From: an uncultured Gemmatimonadales bacterium
Lineage (GTDB): Bacteria > Gemmatimonadota > Gemmatimonadetes > Longimicrobiales > Longimicrobiaceae
DNA: 64,000 bases
Direction of reading: 5' to 3'
Assembly (NCBI GenBank): GCA_963716255.1
Contig: OY970303.1
Coordinates: 6,816,001-6,880,000 of the forward strand
The translations under genes and the position numbers were made by a program. This document shows, one piece after another, positions 22,501 to 34,500 of the stretch. Positions within the stretch are counted from its first letter, which is position 1. The number at the start of each line of letters is the position of its first letter. Below the pieces are notes generated by a model that saw only the letters and a list, made by a program, of their open reading frames with translations, ran no database searches and had not been told where the DNA came from.

Positions 22501-25500
22501 CAGGGCGCGGCTGGTGGCCTACGTCGTCGCCGCGGACGGGGCGGAGCCCGCGGCCGGGGAGCTGCGGGCGAGGATCTCGGCGCGGCTGCCGGAGCACATG
22601 GTGCCGGGCGCCTTCGTCGTGCTGGAGCAGCTGCCGCTCACCGTCGCCGGCAAGATCGACCGGCGGGGGCTTCCCGCGCCGGAGCCGGTCGCGGGCGCGG
22701 AGCACGCCGCGCCGCGGACGGCGACCGAGGAGGTGCTGGCGGGGATCTGGGCGGAGGTGCTGGGCGTGGAGCGCGTGGGGGTGGAGGCCGGCTTCTTCGA
22801 GCTGGGGGGGCACTCGCTGCTGGCCGCGCAGGTGGTCTCGCGCGCCCGCCAGGCGTTCGGGGTGGAGGTGCCGCTGCGGACGCTGTTCGAGGCGCCCACG
22901 GTGGCCGCCCTCGCCGGGCGCGTGGACGCCCTGAGGAGCGAAGGCGGCGCGGCCGCCCCGCCGGTCGCGCCGGTCCCGCGCGCCGGGCCGCTGCCGCTGT
23001 CGTTCGCGCAGCAGCGGCTGTGGGTGGTGGACCGGATCGAGCCGGGGAGCGCCGCCTACAACATGCCCTTCGCGCTGCGCCTGCGCGGCGCGCTGGACGC
23101 CGCGGCGCTGCGGGCGAGCATCGGCGAGCTGGCCCGGCGGCACGAGGTGCTGCGCACGGTCTTCGAGGAGCGCGGCGGCGCGCCCGCGCAGGTGGTGCGC
23201 CCGGCGGCGGCCGGCGCGCTCCCCGCGCTGGACCTGGGCGCCCTGCCGGAGGCGCGCCGCGAGGCGGAGGCGAAGCGGCTGGCCGGCGCGGAGGCGCTGC
23301 GCCCCTTCGACCTGGCGCGCGGCCCCCTGCTGCGGAGCACGCTGCTGCGGCTGGGCGCGGACGACCACGTGCTCCTCTTCACCCTCCACCACGTGGCCGG
23401 CGACGGGTGGAGCATGCAGGTGCTGGTGCGCGAGGTGTCCGCCCTGTACGGCGCCTTCAGCCGCGGCGAAGCGTCGCCGCTGCCGGAGCTGCCGGTGCAG
23501 TACGCCGACTTCGCCGTGTGGCAGCGCGGGTGGCTCGCGGGCGAGACGCTGCAGGCGCAGGTGGCCTTCTGGAAGGACGAGCTGGCCGGCGCCCCCCCGC
23601 TCCTGGAGGTCCCGACCGACCACCCGCGCAGGGTGGGGCAGAGCGCGCGGGCGGGGTCCCACGCCTTCACGCTGGCGCCCGGCGCGGCGAGGGAGCTGCG
23701 GGCGCTGGCGCGGCGGGAGGGGGCCACGCTGTTCATGACCGTGCTGGCCGGCTGGCAGGCGCTGCTGGGCCGCTGGGCCGCGCAGGACGACGTGGTGGTG
23801 GGCACCCCCGTCGCGGGGCGAACCCGGCGCGAGCTGGAGGGGCTGATCGGCTTCTTCGTCAACATGCTCGTGCTGCGCGCCGACCTGGGCGGCGACCCCA
23901 CCTGGAGGGAGCTGCTGGGGCGGGTTCGCGAAACCGCGCTGGGCGCGTACTCGCACCAGGAGCTCCCCTTCGAGCGGCTGGTGGAGGAGCTGGCCGTGGA
24001 GCGCAGCCTCACGCACACGCCCCTGTTCCAGGCGGCGTTCGCGCTGAGCCACGCCGACCCGGCCGGCGAGCTCTCGCCGCTGGGTGCGGTGGAGATGGAG
24101 GCGTTCCGGGGCGGGGAGGGCGTCGCCAAGTTCGACCTGGACCTGTCGGTGTCCGACGACGGGACGGCGCTGCACGGCACGCTGACGTACCGGGCGGCGC
24201 TCTTCGAGCCGGCGACGATCGCGCGCATGATGGGGCACTTCGAAGCGCTCCTGGAAGCCATGGCGGCCGGGCCCGCGCGGCGCCTTTCCGAGCTGTCGCT
24301 GCTGCGCGGCGCCGAGCGTGTGCAGGTGCTGGAAGCCTGGAACGCCACCGCCGCCGGCTTCCCCCGCGAGCGCTGCGTGCACGAGCTGTTCGCCGAGCAG
24401 GCGGCGCGCACCCCGGGCGCCGTGGCCATCGCAGCCGGCGGCGACGTGCTGACCTACGCCGAGCTGGAGCGCCGCTCCGGCCGGGTGGCGCGGCGCCTGT
24501 CCGGGCTCGGCGTGGGCCCGGAGGACCGCGTGGGACTGTGCGTGGAGCGCGGCGCGGAGATGGTCGTCGCCCTGCTCGGCATCCTCCGGGCCGGCGGCGC
24601 CTACCTGCCGCTGGACCCCACCCACCCGCCCGATCGCCTGGCCTACATGCTGGACGACTCGGGCGCGTCCGTGCTGCTGACGCAGGAGGGGCTGGCCGGC
24701 CTGTTCCAGGGCTTCGCGGGCGAGATCGTCGCGCTGGACGGGACCCCCCTCCCCCCGGCACCCTCCCCCGCAAGGGGGGAGGGGGAGCACGACGTCGCGG
24801 TGGACCCGCAGAACGCCGCCTACGTCATCTACACCTCCGGCTCCACCGGGCGGCCCAAGGGCGTGGCCGTCCCGCACCGGGCCGTGGTGAACTTCCTGGA
24901 GTCCATGCGCGCGGCGCCGGGACTCGCCGCCGGGGACACGCTGCTGGCGGTGACGACGCTCGCCTTCGACATCGCGGGGCTGGAGCTGCTGCTGCCGCTG
25001 ACCACGGGGGCGCGGGTGGCGGTCGCGAGCCGGGAGACCGCCGCCGACGGCGCGCGGCTGGGAGAGATGATCGCGGCGAGCGGGGCCACCGTCGTGCAGG
25101 CCACCCCGGCCACGTGGCGGATGCTGCTGGAGGCCGGGTGGGTGGGACGTCCCGGGCTGAAAGTGCTGTGCGGGGGCGAGGCGCTGCCGCGGGAGCTGGC
25201 GGACCGGCTCGCGGCGCGCTGCGGCGAGCTGTGGAACCTGTACGGACCCACCGAGACCACCATCTGGTCGACGGCCGTGCGCGTGGAGCCCGGCGAGGGC
25301 GCGGTGCCCATCGGCAGGCCCATCGCCAACACCCGCGTCTACCTGCTGGACCGCGCCCTGGAGCCGGTGCCCGCGGGGCTGGCCGGCGAGCTGTACGTGG
25401 GCGGCGAGGGGGTCGCGCGCGGCTACCTGGGGCGCGCCGGGCTGACGGCCGCGGCGTTCGTCCCCGACGCCTTCGGGGGCGAGCCGGGCGCGCGCATGTA

Positions 25501-28500
25501 CCGGACAGGGGACCGTGCCCGGTGGCGCCCGGACGGGACGCTGGAATACCTGGGGCGGACGGACTACCAGGTGAAGCTGCGGGGCTTCCGCATCGAGCTG
25601 GGGGAGGTGGAGGCGGCGCTGCGGGCGCAGGACGCCGTGGCCCAGGCGGTGGCCGTGGTGCTGGAGCGCGCCCCGGGCGACCAGCTCCTGGTGGGATACG
25701 TGGTGGCGGACGGGGGCCCGGCGCCCACGCCCGCGGAGCTGCGGGCGGGGCTGCGGGAGCGACTGCCGGAGCACATGGTGCCGGGGGCCTTCGTGGTCCT
25801 CGACCGCCTTCCGCTGACCGCCAACGGCAAGCTCGACCGGCGGGCCCTCCCCGCGCCCGAGCGCGCCGGCGGGGGCCGCGAGGGCGGCGCCCCCGCCACC
25901 CCCACCGAGCGCGCGGTGGCCGCGATCTGGGAGGAGGTCCTGGGCGTGTCGGACGTCGGCGTGGGCGACAACGTCTTCGACCTGGGCGGGCACTCGCTGC
26001 TGCTGGTGCAGGTGCACTCCCGGCTGCAGGCGCGCTTCGGCGGCCGGGTGGAGCTGATCGAGCTGTTCGAGCACCGCACGCTGGGGGCGCTCGCCGCCCA
26101 CCTGGACCGGCGCGGGGCGGCGCGGGCCGCCCGGGGCCCCGCTCCGGCGGCCCGCGCCGCGGCGCGGAGGCGGGCCCCGGGCCGGCCGCAGGGCGGGAGC
26201 GACGTGGCCGTGATCGGCATGGCGGGGCGCTTTCCCGGGGCGGCCGACCTGGACGAGTTCTGGCGCAACCTCCGCGCGGGGGTCCGCTCCGTCCGGCGCT
26301 TCAGCGACGAGGAGCTCCGGGCCTCCGGCGTCCCCCGGCGCGACCGCGAATCGCCCGGCTACGTCCCGGCCGGCGGGGACCTGGAGGGCGTGGAGATGTT
26401 CGACCCGGCCTTCTTCGACGTCACCCCGCGCGAGGCCCTGGTGATGAACCCGCAGAAGCGGGTGTTCCTGGAGTGCGCGTGGGAGGCGCTGGAGCGGGCG
26501 GGCTACCACTCCGGGCGCATCGGTGTCTTCGCCTCCGAGGCGAACAACCAGTACCTGTTCAACGTCCTGTCCGAGCCCGGGCTGGTGGCCGCGGTGGGCG
26601 CGCCGCAGGTGATGAATTCCAACACCGTCGCCGTGTCCACGCTGGCGTCGTTCAAGCTGGACCTGGAGGGGCCCAGCCTCAACGTGCAGACGGCGTGCTC
26701 CTCCTCGCTGGTCGCCGTCCACCTGGCCTGCCGGAGCCTGCTCGACGGCGAGTCGGACGTGGCGCTGGCCGGCGGGGTGCGCGTGGGCGTGCCGCGGCAC
26801 GAGGGCTACCACTACGTGCCCGGGGGGATCGCCTCGCCCACGGGGGAGTGCAACCCGTTCGACGCGGACGCGCGCGGGACCGTGGGGGGAAGCGGCGTGG
26901 GGCTGGTGGTGCTGAAGCGGCTGGACGACGCGCTCGCGGACGGCGACCGGGTTCTCGCCGTGATCCGGGGCTCCGCCATGAACAACGACGGGGCGCGCAA
27001 GGTGGGGTTCACGGCGCCGCGGCGCGAGGGCCAGGCGGCCGCCATCTCCGAGGCGCTGGAGGCGGCCGGCGTGGAGCCGGCGTCGGTCTCGTACGTGGAG
27101 GCGCACGGCTCCGGGACCGAGATGGGCGACCCCATCGAGGTGGCGGCGCTCACCACGGTGTTCGGGGAGGGGCGGCCGGGAACGGTCGCCCTGGGAGCGG
27201 TCAAGTCCAGCGTGGGGCACCTGGACGCGGCGGCCGGGATCGTGGGGCTCATCAAGACGATTCTCGCGCTGGAGAACGGCGAGATCCCGCCCGCGCCGTA
27301 CTTCCGCGCGCCCAACCCCAGGATCCCCTTCGACCGCTCGCCCTTCTTCGTCGACCCGGAGCTGCGTCCCTGGCCGCGCGGCGCCGGGCCGCGCCGCGCG
27401 GGGGTCAGCTCCTTCGGCATCGGGGGGACCAACGTGCACGTGGTGCTGGAGGAGGCGCCCCCGCAGGAGCCGTCCGGCCCCTCGCGCCCCTGGCAGCTCC
27501 TGGTGCTTTCCGCGCGCACCCCCGCCGCCCTGGAGGCCGCCACCGACCGGCTCGCCGCCCACCTGCGCGAGCACCCCGAGCAGCCGTTCGCCGACGCGGC
27601 CCACACGCTGCGCGCGGGGAGGCGCCGCTTCGAGCGGCGGCGCGTGCTGGTGTGCCGCGGCCGCGGCGACGCCGTCGCCGCCCTGGAGTCGCGCGACGCG
27701 CGGCGGGTGCTGGAGGCCACGCAGGAGCGGGACGAGCGCCCCGTCGCCTTCCTCTTTCCCGGCGTAGGCGACCACTACGCGCAGATGGCGCGCGGGCTGT
27801 ACGAGGCCGAGCCCGTCTTCCGCGCGGAGGTGGACCGCTGCGCCCGCGTCCTGCTGGACCACACCGGCGACGACGTGCGCGACACGCTCTTCCCCGGCGA
27901 CCCCGCCCCGGAGCAGGCCGCCGGCGGCGACGGCGTTGCGGGCGCCTCCGTGGACCTGCGCGGCATGCTGGGCCGCGGCGCGGCGGCGGCGGACCCGCTG
28001 GGCCGCACCGAGCGGGCGCACCCGGCCGTGTTCGTGGTGGAGTACGCGCTGGCGCGGACGTGGATGAGCTGGGGCGTGCTCCCGGAGGCGATGATCGGGC
28101 ACTCGCTGGGCGAGTACGTGGCCGCCACCGTCGCGGGCGTCTTTTCGCTGGAGGACGCGCTGGCGCTGATGGCCGAGCGGGCCCGCCTGATCTCCGAGCT
28201 CCCGGCCGGGGCGATGCTCGCCGTGCCGCTGGACCCGGCGGCGGCCCGGGCGCGGCTGCGTGGCGCCCTGGCGCTGGCCGCGCACAACGCGCCGGGGCTG
28301 TGCACCGTCTCGGGCCCGCCGGAGGAGGTGGCCGCGCTGGAGGCGGAGCTGCTGGGCGAGGGCGTGGCGTGCCGGCGCCTCGCCGCCGGGCACGCCTTCC
28401 ACTCCGCGGCGATGGAGCCGGTGGCCGGCCGCCTGGCGGAGCGGCTGCGGGCGATGCGGCTGCGCGCGCCCGAGGTCCCGTTCGTGTCCAACGTGACGGG

Positions 28501-31500
28501 GACGTGGATCCGCCCGGAGGAGGCGACCGACCCGGAGTACTGGGGGCGGCACCTGTGCGGGACGGTGCGGTTCGCGGAGGGGATGGCCGAGCTGCTGCGC
28601 GAGGGGAGCCCGGTGCTGCTGGAGGTGGGGCCGGGGCGCACGCTGGGGACGTTCGCGCTGCACGGCGGCGCGGCGGAGGCGACGGTGCACGCGTCGCTGC
28701 GGCACGCGTACACGCGGCAGCCCGACCAGGCGTACCTGCTGGAAACGTTGGGGCGGCTGTGGATGGCGGGGGTGCCGGTGGACTGGGACGGCTTCGTGGC
28801 CGGGGAGCGGCGCCGCCGGACGCTGCTGCCCACGTACCCGTTCGAGCGGCAGGCGTACTGGGTGGATCGGCGCCGCCGCCGCCGAGCGCGCCGGAAGGGC
28901 GGGGAAGCCCCGGGCCGGCCGAGGCCCGGGAGCCCCGGCGCGGACGGGGGCACGTCCCCGTCCCCCGCGGGCGTCGGCGTCGGCAGGCTCGCGGCGCTGC
29001 GCCCGCGCCCCGAGACCGGCACCCGCTACGTCGCCCCCGCCGGCGCGGTCGAAGAGCGCATGGCGGCCCTGTGGCGGGACCTGCTCGGCTTCGAGCGCAT
29101 CGGCGCGCACGACGACTTCTTCTCGCTCGGCGGCCACTCGCTCATGGCCACGCACCTGGCCGCGCGCATCCAGGCCGAGTTCCACGCGGACCTGTCCCTG
29201 GACGCGGTGTTCGAGGCTCCCACCGTCGCGGGGATGGCGGCCCGGGTGGAGGAGCTTCGCGCCGGGGAGGAGCCCCGGGCCGCTCCCATCCGTCCGGCGC
29301 CGCGGACGGGCCCGCTCCCCCTTTCCTTCGCGCAGCAGCGGCTGTGGCTGGTGGACCGGCTGGAGCCCGGCACCCCCGTCTACAACATGCCCTTCGCGCT
29401 GCGCCTGCGCGGGGCGCTGGACGTGCGGGTGCTGCGCGCGAGCATCGGCGAGCTGGTGCGGCGGCACGAGGCGCTGCGCACGGTCTTCCGGGAAGCCGCC
29501 GGAGCCGGCGGCGAGCCCGTGCAGGTGATCCGCGCGCCCGCGCCGGTGCCGCTCGCGGCCGTGGACCTGCGCGGCGTGGCGGGCGCGGAGCGGGAGGCGC
29601 GGCGACTGGCGGGCGCCGAGGCGCTGCGGCCCTTCGACCTGGCGCGCGGACCGCTGCTGCGGTGCACGCTCCTGCGGCTGGGCGACGCCGACCACGTGCT
29701 GTGCTTCACGCTGCACCACATCGTCGGCGACGGGTGGAGCACGCAGGTGCTGGTGCGCGAGGTCTCGGCGCTCTACACCGCCTTCAGCCGCGGGGCGTCG
29801 TCGCCGCTGCCGGAGCTGCCGGTGCAGTACGCCGACTACGCCGTGTGGCAGCGGGAGCGCCTCGGCGGCGGGGTCCTGGAAGAGCAGGTCGGCTACTGGA
29901 GGGAAGCCCTGCGCGGCGCCCCTCCGCTGCTGGAGCTGCCGACCGACCGGCCGCGCGACGCGGAGCAGGACGCGCGCGGCGGCAACCGGCGCTTCGCGCT
30001 TTCCCCGGCGACCTCGCGCGGGCTGCGGGCGCTGTCCCGGCGGGAGCGGGCCACCCTCTTCATGACCGTCCTCGCCGGCTGGCAGGCGCTGCTGGGGCGC
30101 TGGGCCGGCACGGACGACGTGGTGGTGGGAACCCCCATCGCGGGACGCACCCGGCACGAGGTGGAGGGGCTGATCGGCTTCTTCGTCAACACGCTGGCGC
30201 TGCGCGCCGACCTGGGCGGCGACCCCACCTGGGCCGGGCTGCTGGGGCGGGTGCGGGAGACGGCGCTGGGCGCGTACGCGCACCAGGAGGTGCCCTTCGA
30301 GCGCCTGGTGGAGGAGCTGGTCGTGGAGCGCAGCCTGACCCACACGCCGCTCTTCCAGGTCGCTTTCGCGCTGCACGAGGACGCGGGGCGCGGCGATCCG
30401 CTGCCGCTGGGGGAGCTGGAGCTGGCACCGTTCGGGGGCGACGGGACGGTCGCCATGTTCGACCTGGAGCTGACGGTCACGGACGGCGGGGACGCGCTGG
30501 AGGGATCGCTCGGCTACCGGGCGGCGCTCTTCGACGCCGACACGGCCGCGCGCATGGCCGGGCACCTGGAGGTGCTCCTGGATGCCATGGCGGCACGGCC
30601 GGAGCTGCGGCTCGGCGAAGTGCCGATGCTGCGGGAAGCCGAGCGCGTCCAGGTGCTGGAAACGTGGAACGCCACCGGAGCGCCGTACGCGGCCGGGGGC
30701 GGCCTCGCGGCCCTCTTCGGCGCGCAGGCGGCGCGCACGCCCGACGCCCCCGCCCTGGTCTTCGGCGAGCGGTCGCTGACCTATGCGGAGCTGGAGCGGG
30801 AATCCGGCCGGCTGGCGCAGCGGCTGCGCGCCCTCGGCGCCGGGCCGGACGCGCGGGTGGGATTGTGCGTGGAGCGCTCGCTGGAGATGGCCGTGGGCGT
30901 GCTGGCCACCCTCCGGGCCGGCGCGGCCTACGTCCCGCTGGACCCGGCGTATCCCGCCGAGCGGCTGGCTTACATGCTGGCGGACTCCGCCTGCGCCGTC
31001 CTGCTGACGCAGGAGAGGCTGCGGGACACGCTCCCGGCGTTCGGCGGCGAGATCGTCACGCTCGACACCCCTCACCCCCCGGCCCCCTCTCCCACAAGGG
31101 GAGAGGGGGAGCACGACTCGCCGTCTCCCGAGAGCCTGGCGTACGTCATCTACACCTCGGGCTCCACGGGGCGGCCCAAGGGCGTGGCCATGACGCAGCG
31201 GCCCCTGCTCAACCTGCTCGCCTGGCAGCTCCGCGAGTGGAGCGGCCGTCCGGCCGCACGCACGCTCCAGTATGCCTCCGTCAGCTTCGACGTGTCCTTC
31301 CAGGAGATGTTTTCCACCTGGGCCACCGGCGGCGCGCTGGTGGTGGTCCCCGAGGAAACGCGCGGCGACATGGCGGCGCTGGCCCGGCTGGTGGAGCGGG
31401 AGCGGATCGAGCGCGTCTTCCTGCCGTTCGTCGCGCTCCAGCACCTGGCCGAAGCCGCGCTGGAGCAGGGGATCCGCCCGGCCGGGCTGCGCGAGCTGGT

Positions 31501-34500
31501 GACGGCGGGCGAGCAGCTTCGCGTCACCGGGCCCATCCGCGGCTGGCTGGCGGCGTTGCCCGGGTGCGAGCTGGTCAACCAGTACGGCCCTTCGGAGACG
31601 CACGTCGTCTCGTCGCTGAAGCTGGCGGGCGAGCCGGCGGGGTGGCCGGCGCTCCCCGGCATCGGCGCGCCCATCTCCAACACGCGGCTGTACGTGCTGG
31701 ACCCGTCGCTCCAGCCCCTGCCCCCCGGGGTCCCGGGCGAGCTCTACGTGGGCGGCGACAGCCTGGCGCGCGGCTACCTGGGCCGCCCCGGCATGACGGC
31801 GGACCGGTTCGTCCCGGACCCGTTCGGCGCGGGGTCGGGCGGGCGGCTGTACCGGACCGGAGACCGGGCGCGCTGGCTGGCGGGCGGCGGGGTGGAGTTC
31901 CTGGGCCGCGTGGACCAGCAGGTCAAGGTGCGCGGCTTCCGGATCGAGCCCGGGGAGGTGGAAGCCGCGCTGGAGTCCCACCCCGCGGTGCGCCAGGCGC
32001 TGGTGCACGTGTGGGAGGAGTCGCCGGGAGACCGGCGGCTGGTGGGCTACGTCGTCCCGGAGCCGGAGGCGGGCGCGCCGGACGCGTCCGGGCTGCGGAG
32101 CTTCCTGGGAGAGCGCCTCCCGGAATACATGCTCCCGTCGGCGTTCGTGGTGCTGGAAAGGCTTCCCCTGACCCCCAGTGGCAAGATCGACCGCCGCGGG
32201 CTCCCGGCTCCGGGCGCGCGCCGGGGCACGCCGTACGCGGCGCCCCGTGTCCCGGCGGAGGACATGCTCTGCGGGATCTTTCTCGACGTGCTTGGCTCCC
32301 GCCGCGCGGCGCCGCTCGACCGGGTGGGGATCGGCGACGACTTCTTCGGGCTGGGCGGCCATTCCCTGCTCGCGACGCAGGTGATCTCCCGCGTGCGGGA
32401 GGCGTTCGGGGTGGAGCTCCCGCTGCGGGCGCTGTTCGAGGCTCCCACGGTGGCCGGGCTGGCGGGGCGCATCGGCCTGCTCCGGGCCGGGGACGCGGGG
32501 ATGCAGGCGCCGCCGCTGGTGCCGCAGCCGCGCGACGGGTCGGCGCTGCCGCTGTCGTTCGCGCAGCGGCGCCTGTGGTTCATCGACCAGCTGGAGCCCG
32601 GCAGCGCCGCCTACAACATGCCCTTCGCGCTGCGGCTGCGGGGCCGCTTCGACCCGGCCGTGCTGGCGCGGGCGGTCACGGAGATCGTGCGGCGCCACGA
32701 GACGCTGCGCACCGTCTTCGCGGTCGTGGACGGCGAGCCGGTGCAGGTGGTCCGGGTGGCGGCCCCCGTGGCCCTGCCCGTCACGGACCTGCGGAGCCTG
32801 CCGGCGGAGTCGCGGGAGAGGGAGGTGGCGCGTCTCACATCCGAAGAAGCCGTGCGACCGTTCGACCTCGCCGCGGGCCCGCTGCTGCGGGTCGGGGCCG
32901 TGCGGCTGGCGGAGGCGGAGTGGGGCATGCTCTTCACCCTGCATCACATCGTCTCCGACGGGTGGTCCACCGGCGTGCTGATCCGCGAGGTCTCCGAGCT
33001 ATACGACGCGCTGGAGACGGGGCGCGAGGCGGAGCTTCCGCCTCTTCCGGTGCAGTACGCGGACTACGCCGCCTGGCAGCGCGGCTGGCTCACGGGCGAG
33101 ACGCTGGAGGCCAAGCTCGGCTTCTGGCGCGACCAGCTGGCCGGCGCTCCGCCGCTGCTGGAGCTGCCGACGGACCGGCCGCGCCCGCAGGTGCAGGACC
33201 CGCGCGGCGCGAGCGTCCGCGTCGCGCTGTCCGAGGAAGTCTCGCGCGGGCTGCGTGCGCTCTCGCGGCGGGAAGGGGCGACGGCGTTCATGACGCTGCT
33301 GGCGGCGTGGCAGCTCCTGCTGTCGCGCTACGCGGGGCAGGAGGACGTCAGCGTGGGCACGCCCATCGCCGGGCGCACGCGCCTGGAGACGGAGACGCTG
33401 ATCGGCTTCTTCGTCAACACCCTGGTCCTGCGCACCGACCTGTCGGGGGACGTCGGCTTCCGCGAGCTGCTGGGCCGGGTGCGGGAAACGACGCTGGGGG
33501 CGTACCAGCACCAGGAGATCCCCTTCGAGAGGCTGGTGGAGGAGCTGGCCCCGGAGCGGAGCCTGGCGCACACGCCGCTCTTCCAGGTGATGTTCGCCCT
33601 GCAGAACGACGACCAGGGCGGGCCGCGCATGGGCGCGCTGGAGATGGGGCCCCTGGGGAGCGGCGGCGGCGAGATCGTCAAGTTCGACCTGATGCTCGAC
33701 CTGGCCGAGGGCGACCGGGGCTTCGCCGGCTCGCTCTCCTTCCGCGCGGAGCTGTGGGAGCGCGCGACCATGGAGCGCATGGCCGGGCACTTCGCCCGCC
33801 TGGTGGAGGCGGTCGTCATGGACCCCGATCGTCCGGCCGCCGGGGTCGCCTACGTCGCGGACGAGGAGCGCGCGCGGGTGCTGGCGGAGTGGGGCGCGAC
33901 CGGGCACGAGTATGCCGGCGGCGCCTGCATCCACGACCTGTTCGCCGCGCAGGCGCGGCGCACCCCCCACGCCGTCGCCGTGGTGCACCGGGGCGGGGCG
34001 CTGACGTACGCGGAGCTGGACCGCGCCTCCAACCGGCTCGCGCACGCGCTCCGCGGGCGGGGCGTCGGGCCGGAGTCGCGCGTGGGCGTCTGCCTGCGCC
34101 GCAGGCCGGCCGCGCTGGCGGCGCTGCTCGGCGTGCTCAAGGCCGGCGGCGCGTACGTGCCGCTCGACCCGGAGCTTCCGGCCGAGCGCATCCGGCTCAT
34201 GCTGGAGGACGCGGGGGCCCGCCACGCCGTCGTGGAATCCGGGCTGGCCGGCCACTTCCCCGCCGGCGTGGACGTGCTCGCGCTGGACGCGGCCGCGGAC
34301 TCCGTCACCGGCGGGCCGGAGGACGCGCCGGAAACGGGCGTGGCGCCGGACAACCTCGCCTACGTGATCTTCACCTCCGGCTCGACCGGACGGCCCAAGG
34401 GCGTGGCCATCCAGCACCGCGGGACCGCCGTCTTCCTCCACTTCATGCGGGACCTCGTCCCGGCCGGGGAGCGGGAGTCGGTGCTGGGGGCGACGTCCTT

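Noticed and set aside
17840..32947. 5035-aa antisense ORF, plus others such as 4742..10009, 9747..16898, 32999..38914 and 56970..63971 on the minus strand
   Set aside because: These are shadows of GC-rich NRPS genes. They have low-complexity Arg/Pro/Ala/His-rich translations with no domain motifs and lie exactly opposite real genes.
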